64,000 nucleotides of DNA from Escherichia coli. Lineage in GTDB: Bacteria > Pseudomonadota > Gammaproteobacteria > Enterobacterales > Enterobacteriaceae. Location: assembly GCF_011045215.1 (NCBI RefSeq), contig NZ_CP049201.1; one strand, written 5' to 3'. The notes under the pieces were generated by a model. The model saw only the letters and a program-made list of their open reading frames with translations. It was not told the origin of the DNA and did not search any database. Position 1 is the first letter of the stretch; each line of letters begins with the position of its first letter. Below, piece after piece: positions 1 to 8,091 of this stretch. A program made the translations under genes and the position numbers.

Positions 1-147
1 GGCGTGGCCCGGGGCATCACGCTTCATACCGCGGTGAAGGACGACGACAGCGAGGTGGCCGGGATTATCCGCGCACTGCTTGCTGGTGAGGAAAACGCCA
101 GGCTGCGTGCAGCCCACTGGTTACATGAGAGGGGGCTGAAAGTATGA
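1..147 (+). CDS. 3' end of an upstream phage late-region ORF (partial, function unknown)
   Basis: Frame 1 is open from the window edge to TGA at 145-147, overlapping the ATG of the next gene (ATGA coupling). No family recognised from the 48 visible residues. Confidence 0.35.
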   Translation, partial: GVARGITLHTAVKDDDSEVAGIIRALLAGEENARLRAAHWLHERGLKV

Positions 148-521
148 AGCTGATTCTGCCTTTTCCACCCAGCGTGAACACCTACTGGCGACACCCCAAC
201 AAAGGGGCATTTGCTGGTAAGAGCCTGATAAGCGCGGCGGGGCGAAAATTCCAGAGTGCGGCGTGCACAGCAATAGTTGAGCAGTTACGTCGTCTGCCGA
301 AACCAACGTCGGCACCTGCTTCAGTGGAGATCGTGTTGTTTCCTCCGGATAACCGGATCCGCGATCTGGACAACTATAACAAGGCGCTGTTTGACGCCCT
401 GACCCACGCGGGTGTGTGGGAAGACGACAGCCAGGTGAAAAGAATGCTGGTGGAGTGGGGACCGGTTATCCCGGAAACGGATGTTGCGGGTTGTTGTTCT
501 GCGGGTTCTGTTCTTCGTTGA
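144..521 (+). CDS. RusA-family Holliday-junction resolvase-like protein
   Basis: 125-aa ORF with motifs LPFPPSVNTYWRH and RIRDLDNYNKALFDALTHAGVWEDDSQV, matching the RusA signature ([41 protein letters not shown]) including the acidic catalytic residues. Confidence 0.6.
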   Translation: MKLILPFPPSVNTYWRHPNKGAFAGKSLISAAGRKFQSAACTAIVEQLRRLPKPTSAPASVEIVLFPPDNRIRDLDNYNKALFDALTHAGVWEDDSQVKRMLVEWGPVIPETDVAGCCSAGSVLR

Positions 522-689
522 CATGAGGTTGCCCCGTATTCAGTTTCGCTGATTTGTATTGTCTGAAGTTGTTTTTACGTTAAGTTGATGCAGATCAATT
601 AATACGATACCTGCGTCATAATTGATTATTTGACGTGGTTTGATGGCGTAGATGCACGTTGTGACATGTAGATGATAATTATTATCATT

Positions 690-905
690 TTGCGGGTCCT
701 TTCCGGCGATCCGACATGTTACGGGGCGGCGACCTCGCGGGTTTTCGCTATTTATGAAAATTTTCCGGTTTAAGGCGTTTCCGTTCTTCTTCGTCGTAAC
801 TTAATGTTTTTATTTAAAATACCCCCTGAAAAGAAAGGAAACGACAGGTGCTGAAAGCGAGCTTTTTGGCCTCTGTCGTTTCCTTTCTCTGTTTTTGGCC
901 GTGGA
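690..905 (+). other. Lambda-type cos site (cosQ-cosN-cosB); cosN 12-nt cohesive-end sequence GGGCGGCGACCT at about 724-735
   Basis: ...gggtcctttccggcgatccgacatgttacg/gggcggcgacctcgcgggttttcgctatttatgaaaattttccggtttaaggcgtttccg... is near-identical to the joined right and left ends of phage lambda as I recall them, and sits immediately upstream of Nu1. Confidence 0.85.
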
Positions 906-912
906 ATGAACA

Positions 913-1458
913 ATGGAAGTCAACAAAAAGCAGCTGGCTGACATTTTCGGTGCGAGTATCCGTACCATTCAGAACTGGCAGGAACAGGGAATGCCCGTTC
1001 TGCGAGGCGGTGGCAAGGGTAATGAGGTGCTTTATGACTCTGCCGCCGTCATAAAATGGTATGCCGAAAGGGATGCTGAAATTGAGAACGAAAAGCTGCG
1101 CCGGGAGGTTGAAGAACTGCGGCAGGCCAGCGAGACAGATCTCCAGCCAGGGACTATTGAGTACGAACGCCATCGACTTACGCGTGCGCAGGCCGACGCA
1201 CAGGAGCTGAAAAATGCCAGAGACTCCGCTGAAGTGGTGGAAACCGCATTCTGTACTTTCGTGCTGTCGCGGATCGCAGGTGAAATTGCCAGTATTCTCG
1301 ACGGGATCCCCCTGTCGGTGCAGCGGCGTTTTCCGGAACTGGAAAACCGACATGTTGATTTCCTGAAACGGGATATCATCAAAGCCATGAACAAAGCAGC
1401 CGCGCTGGATGAACTGATACCGGGGTTGCTGAGTGAATATATCGAACAGTCAGGTTAA
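913..1458 (+). CDS. nohD: Phage terminase small subunit Nu1 (DNA-packaging protein)
   Basis: 181-aa product MEVNKKQLADIFGASIRTIQNWQEQGMPVLRGGGKGNEVLYDSAAVIKWY... is essentially identical to lambda Nu1; its 3' end overlaps the start of gene A as in lambda. Confidence 0.95.
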   Translation: MEVNKKQLADIFGASIRTIQNWQEQGMPVLRGGGKGNEVLYDSAAVIKWYAERDAEIENEKLRREVEELRQASETDLQPGTIEYERHRLTRAQADAQELKNARDSAEVVETAFCTFVLSRIAGEIASILDGIPLSVQRRFPELENRHVDFLKRDIIKAMNKAAALDELIPGLLSEYIEQSG

Positions 1459-2452
1459 CAGGCTGCGGCATTTTGTCCGCGCCGGGCTTCGCTCACTGTT
1501 CAGGCCGGAGCCACAGACCGCCGTTGAATGGGCGGATGCCAATTACTATCTCCCAAAAGAATCCGCATACCAGGAAGGGCGCTGGGAAACACTGCCCTTT
1601 CAGAGGGCCATCATGAATGCGATGGGCAGTGACTACATCCGCGAGGTGAATGTGGTGAAGTCTGCCCGTGTTGGTTATTCCAAAATGCTGCTGGGTGTTT
1701 ATGCCTACTTCATAGAGCATAAGCAGCGCAATACCCTTATCTGGTTGCCGACGGATGGTGATGCCGAGAACTTTATGAAAACCCACGTTGAGCCGACTAT
1801 TCGTGATATTCCGTCGCTGCTGGCGCTGGCCCCGTGGTATGGCAAAAAGCACCGGGATAACACGCTCACCATGAAGCGTTTCACCAATGGGCGTGGCTTC
1901 TGGTGCCTGGGCGGTAAAGCGGCAAAAAACTACCGTGAAAAGTCAGTGGATGTGGCGGGTTATGATGAACTTGCTGCCTTTGATGAGGATATTGAACAGG
2001 AAGGCTCTCCGACGTTCCTGGGCGATAAGCGTATTGAAGGCTCGGTCTGGCCAAAGTCCATCCGTGGCTCCACGCCCAAAGTGAGAGGCACCTGCCAGAT
2101 TGAGCGTGCAGCCAGTGAATCCCCGCATTTTATGCGTTTTCATGTTGCCTGCCCGCATTGCGGGGAGGAGCAGTATCTTAAATTTGGCGACAAAGAGACG
2201 CCGTTTGGCCTCAAATGGACGCCGGATGACCCCTCCAGCGTGTTTTATCTCTGCGAGCATAATGCCTGCGTCATCCGCCAGCAGGAGCTGGACTTTACTG
2301 ATGCCCGTTATATCTGCGAAAAGACCGGGATCTGGAGGGGAATACCAACATCGCCGGTGTCACGGTGGTGTTCCGGGCAGGTGAACAGGAGCAGACACCG
2401 CCGGAGGGATTTGAATCCTCCGGATCCGAGACGGTGCTGGGTACGGAAGTGA
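1433..2452 (+). pseudogene. Terminase large subunit (lambda gpA) N-terminal ~300 codons, truncated; A-like sequence ends near 2335 and the ORF runs on out of frame to 2452
   Basis: MNISNSQVNRLRHFVRAGLRSLFRPEPQTAVEWADANYYLPKESAYQEGRWETLPFQRAIMNAMGSDYIREV...CEKTGIW matches lambda gpA, then continues as unrelated residues RGIPTSPVSRW... gpA is ~640 aa in lambda. Confidence 0.85.
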
Positions 2453-2823
2453 AATACGACACGCCGATCACCCGGACCATCACGTCTGCAAACATCGACC
2501 GTCTGCGCTTTACCTTCGGTGTGCAGGCACTGGTGGAAACCACCTCAAAGGGGGACCGGAATCCATCGGAAGTCCGCCTGCTGGTTCAGATACAACGTAA
2601 CGGTGGCTGGGTGACGGAAAAAGACATCACCATTAAGGGCAAAACCACCTCGCAGTATCTGACCTCGGTGGTGGTGGGTAACCTGCCGCCGCGCCCGTTT
2701 AATATCCGGATGCGCAGGATGACGCCGGACAGCACCACAGACCAGCTGCAGAACAAAACGCTCTGGTCGTCATACACCGAAATCATCGATGTGAAACAGT
2801 GCTACCTTCTGCCCGTAAGGTGA
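2338..2823 (+). pseudogene. Internal fragment (~160 codons) of lambda-like tail-tip/host-specificity gene J, with no N-terminus or C-terminus
   Basis: Translation ...VVFRAGEQEQTPPEGFESSGSETVLGTEVKYDTPITRTITSANIDRLRFTFGVQALVETTSKGDRNPSEVRLLVQIQRNGGWVTEKDITIKGKTTSQY...IIDVKQCY matches the middle of lambda J. It is in a different frame from the truncated A and ends in unrelated sequence. Confidence 0.8.
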
Positions 2824-4004
2824 ATGGTAAGGCGCTTTCAGCGGATATAACACTGACGCCGAAAGATATTGGTACGCTTAACTCAACAACAATGTCATTC
2901 AGCGGTGGTGCTGGTTGGTTCAAATTAGCAACGGTAACCATGCCACAGGCGAGTTCTGTTGTTTCAATTACGTTGATTGGTGGAGCTGGATTTAACGTGG
3001 GGTCACCTCAACAGGCAGGTATATCTGAACTTGTTTTGCGTGCAGGTAATGGTAATCCGAAGGGGATTACTGGTGCTTTATGGCAGCGCACATCGACAGG
3101 GTTTACAAATTTTGCCTGGGTCAATACATCTGGTGATACTTACGATATTTACGTTGCAATCGGAAATTATGCGACTGGTGTAAATATTCAATGGGATTAT
3201 ACCAGTAATGCCAGCGTGACGATTCATACGTCACCAGCATATTCTGCTAATAAGCCGGAAGGGTTAACGGACGGTACAGTTTATTCACTCTATACGCCAT
3301 CAGAACAGTTTTATCCGCCTGGCGCACCAATCCCGTGGCCATCAGATACCGTTCCGTCTGGCTATGCCCTGATGCAGGGGCAGACTTTTGACAAATCTGC
3401 CTACCCGAAACTTGCAGTCGCTTATCCGTCAGGCGTGATCCCTGATATGCGTGGCTGGACGATTAAGGGCAAGCCCGCCAGTGGTCGTGCCGTATTGTCT
3501 CAGGAACAGGACGGCATTAAATCGCATACCCACAGCGCCAGCGCATCCAGTACGGATTTGGGTACGAAAACCACATCGTCGTTTGATTACGGAACCAAAT
3601 CCACGAATAACACCGGGGCGCATACCCATAGTATTAGCGGGACTGCAAATAGTGCCGGTGCGCACCAACACAAGAGTTCCGGTGCATTTGGTGGCACGAA
3701 CACGAGCATTTTTCCTAATGGTTATACTGCGATTTCAAATCCAAGCGCGGGGATTATGAGCACAACAAGCGGTACTGGCCAGACTCGTAATGCAGGGAAG
3801 ACATCATCAGATGGTGCTCATACCCACTCACTGTCCGGCACTGCTGCAAGCGCAGGTGCACACGCACATACTGTCGGTATTGGTGCTCATACGCACTCCG
3901 TTGCGATTGGTTCACATGGACACACCATCACCGTTAACGCTGCTGGTAACGCGGAAAACACCGTCAAAAACATCGCATTTAACTATATTGTGAGGCTTGC
4001 ATAA
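2799..4004 (+). CDS. Side tail fibre protein, C-terminal receptor-binding portion with His-box repeats (probably a 5'-truncated remnant using an internal GTG)
   Basis: 401-aa ORF with repeated GAHTHS/GAHQH/GAHAHT/GSHGHT motifs and a C-terminal ...[22 protein letters not shown] typical of lambdoid Stf and T4 gp37-like fibre tips. Its stop overlaps the tfa start (TAATGG). The N-terminal tail-attachment region expected for Stf is absent. Confidence 0.65.
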   Translation: MLPSARKVNGKALSADITLTPKDIGTLNSTTMSFSGGAGWFKLATVTMPQASSVVSITLIGGAGFNVGSPQQAGISELVLRAGNGNPKGITGALWQRTSTGFTNFAWVNTSGDTYDIYVAIGNYATGVNIQWDYTSNASVTIHTSPAYSANKPEGLTDGTVYSLYTPSEQFYPPGAPIPWPSDTVPSGYALMQGQTFDKSAYPKLAVAYPSGVIPDMRGWTIKGKPASGRAVLSQEQDGIKSHTHSASASSTDLGTKTTSSFDYGTKSTNNTGAHTHSISGTANSAGAHQHKSSGAFGGTNTSIFPNGYTAISNPSAGIMSTTSGTGQTRNAGKTSSDGAHTHSLSGTAASAGAHAHTVGIGAHTHSVAIGSHGHTITVNAAGNAENTVKNIAFNYIVRLA

Positions 4005-4585
4005 TGGCATTCAGAATGAGTGAACAACCACGGACCATAAAAATTTATAATCTGCTGGCCGGAACTAATGAATTTATTGGTGAAGGTGACGCATATATTC
4101 CACCTCATACAGGTCTGCCAGCAAACAGTACCGATATTGCACCGCCAGATATTCCGGCAGGCTTCGTGGCTGTTTTCAACAGTGATGAGGCATCGTGGCA
4201 TCTTGTTGAAGACCATCGGGGTAAAACGGTTTATGACGTGGCTTCCGGCGACGCGTTATTTATTTCTGAACTCGGCTTATTACCGGAAAATGTCACCTGG
4301 TTATCCCCGGAAGGGGAGTTTCAGAAGTGGAACGGCACAGCCTGGGTGAAAGATGCAGAAGCAGAAAAACTGTTCCGGATCCGGGAGGCGGAAGAAACAA
4401 AAAACAACCTGATGCAGGTAGCCAGTGAGCATATTGCGCCACTTCAGGATGCTGTAGATCTGGAAATCGCAACGGAGGAAGAAAACTCGTTGCTGGAAGC
4501 CTGGAAGAAGTATCGGGTGTTGCTGAACCGTGTTGATACATCAACTGCACCTGATATTGAGTGGCCTGTAATACCAGAAGTTTAA
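4004..4585 (+). CDS. Tail fibre assembly protein (Tfa)
   Basis: 193-aa ORF translationally coupled to stf; the C-terminus ...[49 protein letters not shown] is the conserved Tfa motif. Confidence 0.85.
   Translation: MAFRMSEQPRTIKIYNLLAGTNEFIGEGDAYIPPHTGLPANSTDIAPPDIPAGFVAVFNSDEASWHLVEDHRGKTVYDVASGDALFISELGLLPENVTWLSPEGEFQKWNGTAWVKDAEAEKLFRIREAEETKNNLMQVASEHIAPLQDAVDLEIATEEENSLLEAWKKYRVLLNRVDTSTAPDIEWPVIPEV
4431..4543 (+). repeat. Direct repeat copy 1: 3' segment of tfa (about 88% identical to 8260-8373)
   Basis: atattgcgccacttcaggatgctgtagatctggaaatcgcaacggaggaagaaaactcgttgctggaagcctggaagaagtatcgggtg... is nearly repeated at 8260-8373. Confidence 0.8.
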
Positions 4586-4589
4586 AATA

Positions 4590-4617
4590 AAAGCCCGCTT
4601 AAAATATCGCGGGCTTC
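4590..4617 (-). terminator. Hairpin (aaagcccgc...gcgggcttt) with a T-run on the minus strand; candidate terminator for the minus-strand catalase operon and possibly for tfa
   Basis: Inverted repeat aagcccgc / gcgggctt between convergent tfa and catalase genes; the minus-strand reading gives the stem followed by TTATTTTA. Confidence 0.5.
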
Positions 4618-4704
4618 GAAATATAAATGTATTTTCAGAGGCTAGAGCTTAGGATATCTCAGCGGCAATTAACTTATGAGGGATAGCTAAATACCAGAAG
4701 ATAA

Positions 4705-5595
4705 TTAGTTTTTACTATTTATCTTTGTTTGTGGTTCTCCTTCAGCAAGCTCAGCGCCAGTGACAGGATTGATGTCTTCATGGGATTTCAACCTTGTTGC
4801 CATAGCTTTTATCATAGCTTCTTGCTTGGTCGAAAGATTTATCGAGGCCTTCCCATCCCCACCGTCAACCGCTGGAACTGGATCGGAAATATAGTCAAAG
4901 TTTTCATCACTGTTCCAACTACCTCTGACGTCTTCACCTTCTGACATGTTGTAATATACGTTTTTGTATTTCTCAATTGGTGGTAATTTTCCTGGTGGAA
5001 AGGTGTTGCGAATTGAATGTAATGCTTTTTCAAATGAAAGCATGTGTGCTGCTTCCCTGGTCATTAAAAATGCCAGAGTGTCTTTTACTCCAGGATCATC
5101 AGTAACATTAATGAGACGTTCGTAAATGATCTTTGCCCGAGCTTCAGCTGCAATATTTGAACGAAGATCGGCCGTGACTTCGCCAATAGTATCAACATAA
5201 GCTGCAGTCCAGGGTACTCCAGCTGAATTAGTTAATGCTGGGCCTCCTCCGTAGAGGAGAGAAGTTATATGGCTGTCATTGCCATTTTGAGTTAAGGAAC
5301 GGTAAAGCTCAGCTTCATTCTCAGTTCCTTCAGCAAGTGCTCCTTTTGCACCTTTGTTGAGCATACCAACAAGAGAACCAATAATTTCGAGATGACTTAG
5401 TTCTTCTGTTGCTATGTCCATCAGCATATCCCTTCGGCCTGCATCTTCATCACTTAAGCCTTGAGTGAAGTATCGGCATGCTGCTGCAAGCTCACCCTGT
5501 GGCCCGCCGAATTGTTCTAAAAGTAGATTAGCCAAGCCTGGGTTTGGCTCACTTACACGTACTGTATATTGAAGTTTTTTCACGTGTCTAAACAT
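4705..5595 (-). CDS. Manganese (non-haem) catalase, KatN-like
   Basis: 296-aa product with ferritin-like Mn-catalase architecture (…EELSHLEIIGSLV…, …TREAAHMLSFEKAL…). It is last in a yciG-yciF-yciE-catalase gene order, as in the Salmonella yciGFE-katN operon. Confidence 0.8.
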   Translation of the reverse strand: MFRHVKKLQYTVRVSEPNPGLANLLLEQFGGPQGELAAACRYFTQGLSDEDAGRRDMLMDIATEELSHLEIIGSLVGMLNKGAKGALAEGTENEAELYRSLTQNGNDSHITSLLYGGGPALTNSAGVPWTAAYVDTIGEVTADLRSNIAAEARAKIIYERLINVTDDPGVKDTLAFLMTREAAHMLSFEKALHSIRNTFPPGKLPPIEKYKNVYYNMSEGEDVRGSWNSDENFDYISDPVPAVDGGDGKASINLSTKQEAMIKAMATRLKSHEDINPVTGAELAEGEPQTKINSKN

Positions 5596-5613
5596 AATGC
5601 CTCCTCAAAAGAA

Positions 5614-6120
5614 TTATTTTTTGGCTTCAACTCCATCAATTTCAGATCTGACCATGAATTGCTCAGTGGTGTCAGGAATATGGTTAAGAAGCCATTCAGC
5701 CATTTGTTTTTCTTCATTAAGAATTGCTTCAATAATGGGTACTGAAGCTGTATCACCCGCATTTTTGGCTGCTGCGAGAAGAGATGTGTAGCACGCAATT
5801 TCAAATTGTTCGAAAACATAGCCACTGATCGAACCTTTGACAATTTCATCAGATGGAAAAATTCCACCAATGGATTGCCCAAACGCGGCCATTTTACTCA
5901 TAGAGTCTTTAATGACAGAGCGCGAAATATTATTACGATCAAGTATGCTTTCAAGCTGTGAAAGCTGGTTCTTTGTTTCGCTAATGTGCTGCTCAATTCT
6001 GGAACGTAACTCTGGATAGTTTTCTATCCGGCTGGCCATAGACTCAAGCATTTTTTCAGCTTGTTTCTCCATCGCATGTGCATCACGAAGCCAGTCATGG
6101 TAATGTTCAATTCTATTCAT
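5614..6120 (-). CDS. YciE-like ferritin-like/DUF892 stress protein
   Basis: 168-aa product MNRIEHYHDWLRDAHAMEKQAEKMLESMASRIENYPELR... closely resembles E. coli YciE. Confidence 0.85.
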   Translation of the reverse strand: MNRIEHYHDWLRDAHAMEKQAEKMLESMASRIENYPELRSRIEQHISETKNQLSQLESILDRNNISRSVIKDSMSKMAAFGQSIGGIFPSDEIVKGSISGYVFEQFEIACYTSLLAAAKNAGDTASVPIIEAILNEEKQMAEWLLNHIPDTTEQFMVRSEIDGVEAKK

Positions 6121-6156
6121 AATCTGTTTATCCTAAAAGAAATTGAAGTCTATAGT

Positions 6157-6663
6157 TCAGGAGTTATCCTGAGCTTTTTTATTAACGTTATTAAATGCCA
6201 GGTCTGTTAATTTGACATCAGTAGCTTTTTCCTCTTCCAGTGTTTCTTTCAGGAGTTTAGCCGCTTTTTTATATCCTAATTGCTCAGCGAGTGTTACCAA
6301 AGTGCCATAACTGGCAATTTCATAGTGCTCTACTTTTTGTGCTGCAGCAATCAATGCAGCATCACGTACTTCATTTTTATCAGTGCTTTCAATTACCTCA
6401 TTCGCCTCTTCGATAAGTCCTTCCATTGCGGCACACTTAATTCTTTTCAATTTAAGACCATCTTCAGAATCAACAATCTGATCGATGCGTTCAATTTGAC
6501 CATGTGTCTCATCAAGATGTGACTGAAAAGCAGCGGTTAATTTATCACTATATGCAGAGCGACTAAGTTTAGACAGTGCCTTTGTTAGTTGTTTCTCAGC
6601 GCTGTATGTATCCGATAATAAGTGGATGAAGATATCTTCAACAGATTTAATTTGCATAATCAC
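6157..6663 (-). CDS. YciF-like DUF892 stress protein
   Basis: 168-aa product ...VEDIFIHLLSDTYSAEKQLTKAL...EVRDAALIAAAQKVEHYEIASYGTL... closely resembles E. coli YciF. Confidence 0.85.
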   Translation of the reverse strand: MIMQIKSVEDIFIHLLSDTYSAEKQLTKALSKLSRSAYSDKLTAAFQSHLDETHGQIERIDQIVDSEDGLKLKRIKCAAMEGLIEEANEVIESTDKNEVRDAALIAAAQKVEHYEIASYGTLVTLAEQLGYKKAAKLLKETLEEEKATDVKLTDLAFNNVNKKAQDNS

Positions 6664-6735
6664 TCCAGAGTTTTCACTGCGAGCCCGTAGGCTCGCAGTT
6701 AGCTTCAGTTATTCACGAATGTAGGGGATGATAAA

Positions 6736-6918
6736 TTAAGAGTCAGATTTACGGCCGCCACCATGGCTATTCTGACCACCTTTTTTCCCTGCTTCTGATG
6801 CTCTTTGTGGATCGTTTTTAAAATTACCGCCACTATGTTGGCCGCCTTTACGACCAGCGTCAGAAGCTTTTTGTCGATCTTCAGCGAAATTACCTGCACC
6901 GCCACGATGTTCGGTCAT
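6736..6918 (-). CDS. YciG-like KGG-repeat general stress protein
   Basis: 60-aa product MTEHRGGAGNFAEDRQKASDAGRKGGQHSGGNFKNDPQRASEAGKKGGQ... with KGG repeats, resembling YciG/YmdF; first gene of the four-gene minus-strand operon. Confidence 0.8.
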   Translation of the reverse strand: MTEHRGGAGNFAEDRQKASDAGRKGGQHSGGNFKNDPQRASEAGKKGGQNSHGGGRKSDS

Positions 6919-7383
6919 ATCATTTCTCCTCTGATTTTCAAATTGTAAATAACATGTGCCTTGTCAGCACCCAATTAACTCTAGTAACAAATAAGAAAGT
7001 GTCAAATAACAGATTGGTATGCGCATTTTGATGTGAGAAATAATAATTGTAAAAATGTGCGCTCAGTGAGTATAATCTATTGATATCTTAGTGATTAACG
7101 GAAAATTTAGGTTGTAACTCAAAAGATTAATAAACCTAAATTTACATTTCTATATTATTTGGTGTGCCTGTTGTTGTTTTTCTCAATAAGAATACTCTGT
7201 AAAATAATTCAATCGTAAGATGGTTGTTATTCATATTTTTTTGAGATAGTTCCTAATAGGGTCCATCCCTTGAATAAATAATTGTTTTAAAATTTCGTCT
7301 AAAGAACTAATTACAAGAAAATTTATATAGTCCAAGGAATCATGATTGTACTTAACCATAAGATTTGAGCGTAAAAATTAATG

Positions 7384-7414
7384 CGCAGCACGTCGTATGC
7401 AAGAACGTGCTGCG
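7384..7414 (-). terminator. Rho-independent terminator candidate downstream of the methyltransferase gene
   Basis: 9-bp perfect stem cgcagcacg / cgtgctgcg; on the minus strand it is followed by ATTAATTTTT. Confidence 0.55.
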
Positions 7415-7422
7415 GTTGGATG

Positions 7423-8091
7423 CTATTTTTTCCCTGAAGCGGAAAACATTACTACAGTACCTTGAACCTTGGTTTTAACATTCTCGAAATGCTCTGAGAG
7501 TATATGTGTTAAGCCTTCTTCGGAATCTCTTGTGTTTGAAAAGATGCCTTTCTGATTGTAAATGCGCATCAGTTTTTGACCGAAGCGATTGTGCACAATT
7601 CCATCGCCAAGAATTGTGGCTCCGTATAGAGTTCCATCGCCAGTTAAGGCCTGCGCCGCATTGCGTATTACACAGCTTTTTGTAGATATATTTCCAGGCA
7701 GGCAGTGAAGAAGGTAAAACATGGAAATGGAATCAAATTGACCATGTAACGCCGCGGGATAAGGTTCAAAAACATCATGGCTAATTTTATGTTTAATTTT
7801 TGATTCCCCAGCCCTTGTAGATGCCGCGTTCAGGCTAGCTTCGTTCAAATCCATTAAAGATATCAGACTACTCTCAGGTACGTGAGTAAGGTAAAACCCA
7901 GTTCCAACACCAATATCCAGATGGTTGTTACCTAAATGTTCCAGAAAGTGTGGAAGAAGGTGTTCCTTTGTAGGACATCCCCATGCAAGCCGATTTGATA
8001 CTCCCAAAACCCACCAGTCATAAAGCTTTAGGGTAAGTGGTGTGTAAATTTTAGCCCCATCATCTGTGTTTTTTTTCATTAATTTCACCAT
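7423..8091 (-). CDS. ybcY: Class I SAM-dependent methyltransferase (YbcY-like), apparently intact
   Basis: 222-aa ORF with the SAM-binding motif LDIGVGTGFY and a Rossmann-type methyltransferase layout. It occupies the ybcY position of DLP12, between the tfa copies. Confidence 0.7.
   Translation of the reverse strand: MVKLMKKNTDDGAKIYTPLTLKLYDWWVLGVSNRLAWGCPTKEHLLPHFLEHLGNNHLDIGVGTGFYLTHVPESSLISLMDLNEASLNAASTRAGESKIKHKISHDVFEPYPAALHGQFDSISMFYLLHCLPGNISTKSCVIRNAAQALTGDGTLYGATILGDGIVHNRFGQKLMRIYNQKGIFSNTRDSEEGLTHILSEHFENVKTKVQGTVVMFSASGKK

Noticed and set aside
848-1054. 68-aa plus-strand ORF spanning cosB and the Nu1 start
   Set aside because: It overlaps the well-defined cos site and the Nu1 start in another frame; it is a by-product of the lambda sequence.
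3530-3930. Repetitive GAHTHS / GAHAHT-encoding units, considered as a tandem repeat or CRISPR-like array
   Set aside because: The repeats are in frame within the tail-fibre ORF and encode His-box motifs. There are no unique-spacer/repeat periodicity or flanking cas genes. No CRISPR array was found anywhere in the window.
2799-4004. Possible identity with lambda 'orf-401', given the identical 401-aa length
   Set aside because: Lambda orf-401 is the N-terminal part of stf, whereas this ORF is the C-terminal His-box half; the equal length is coincidental.
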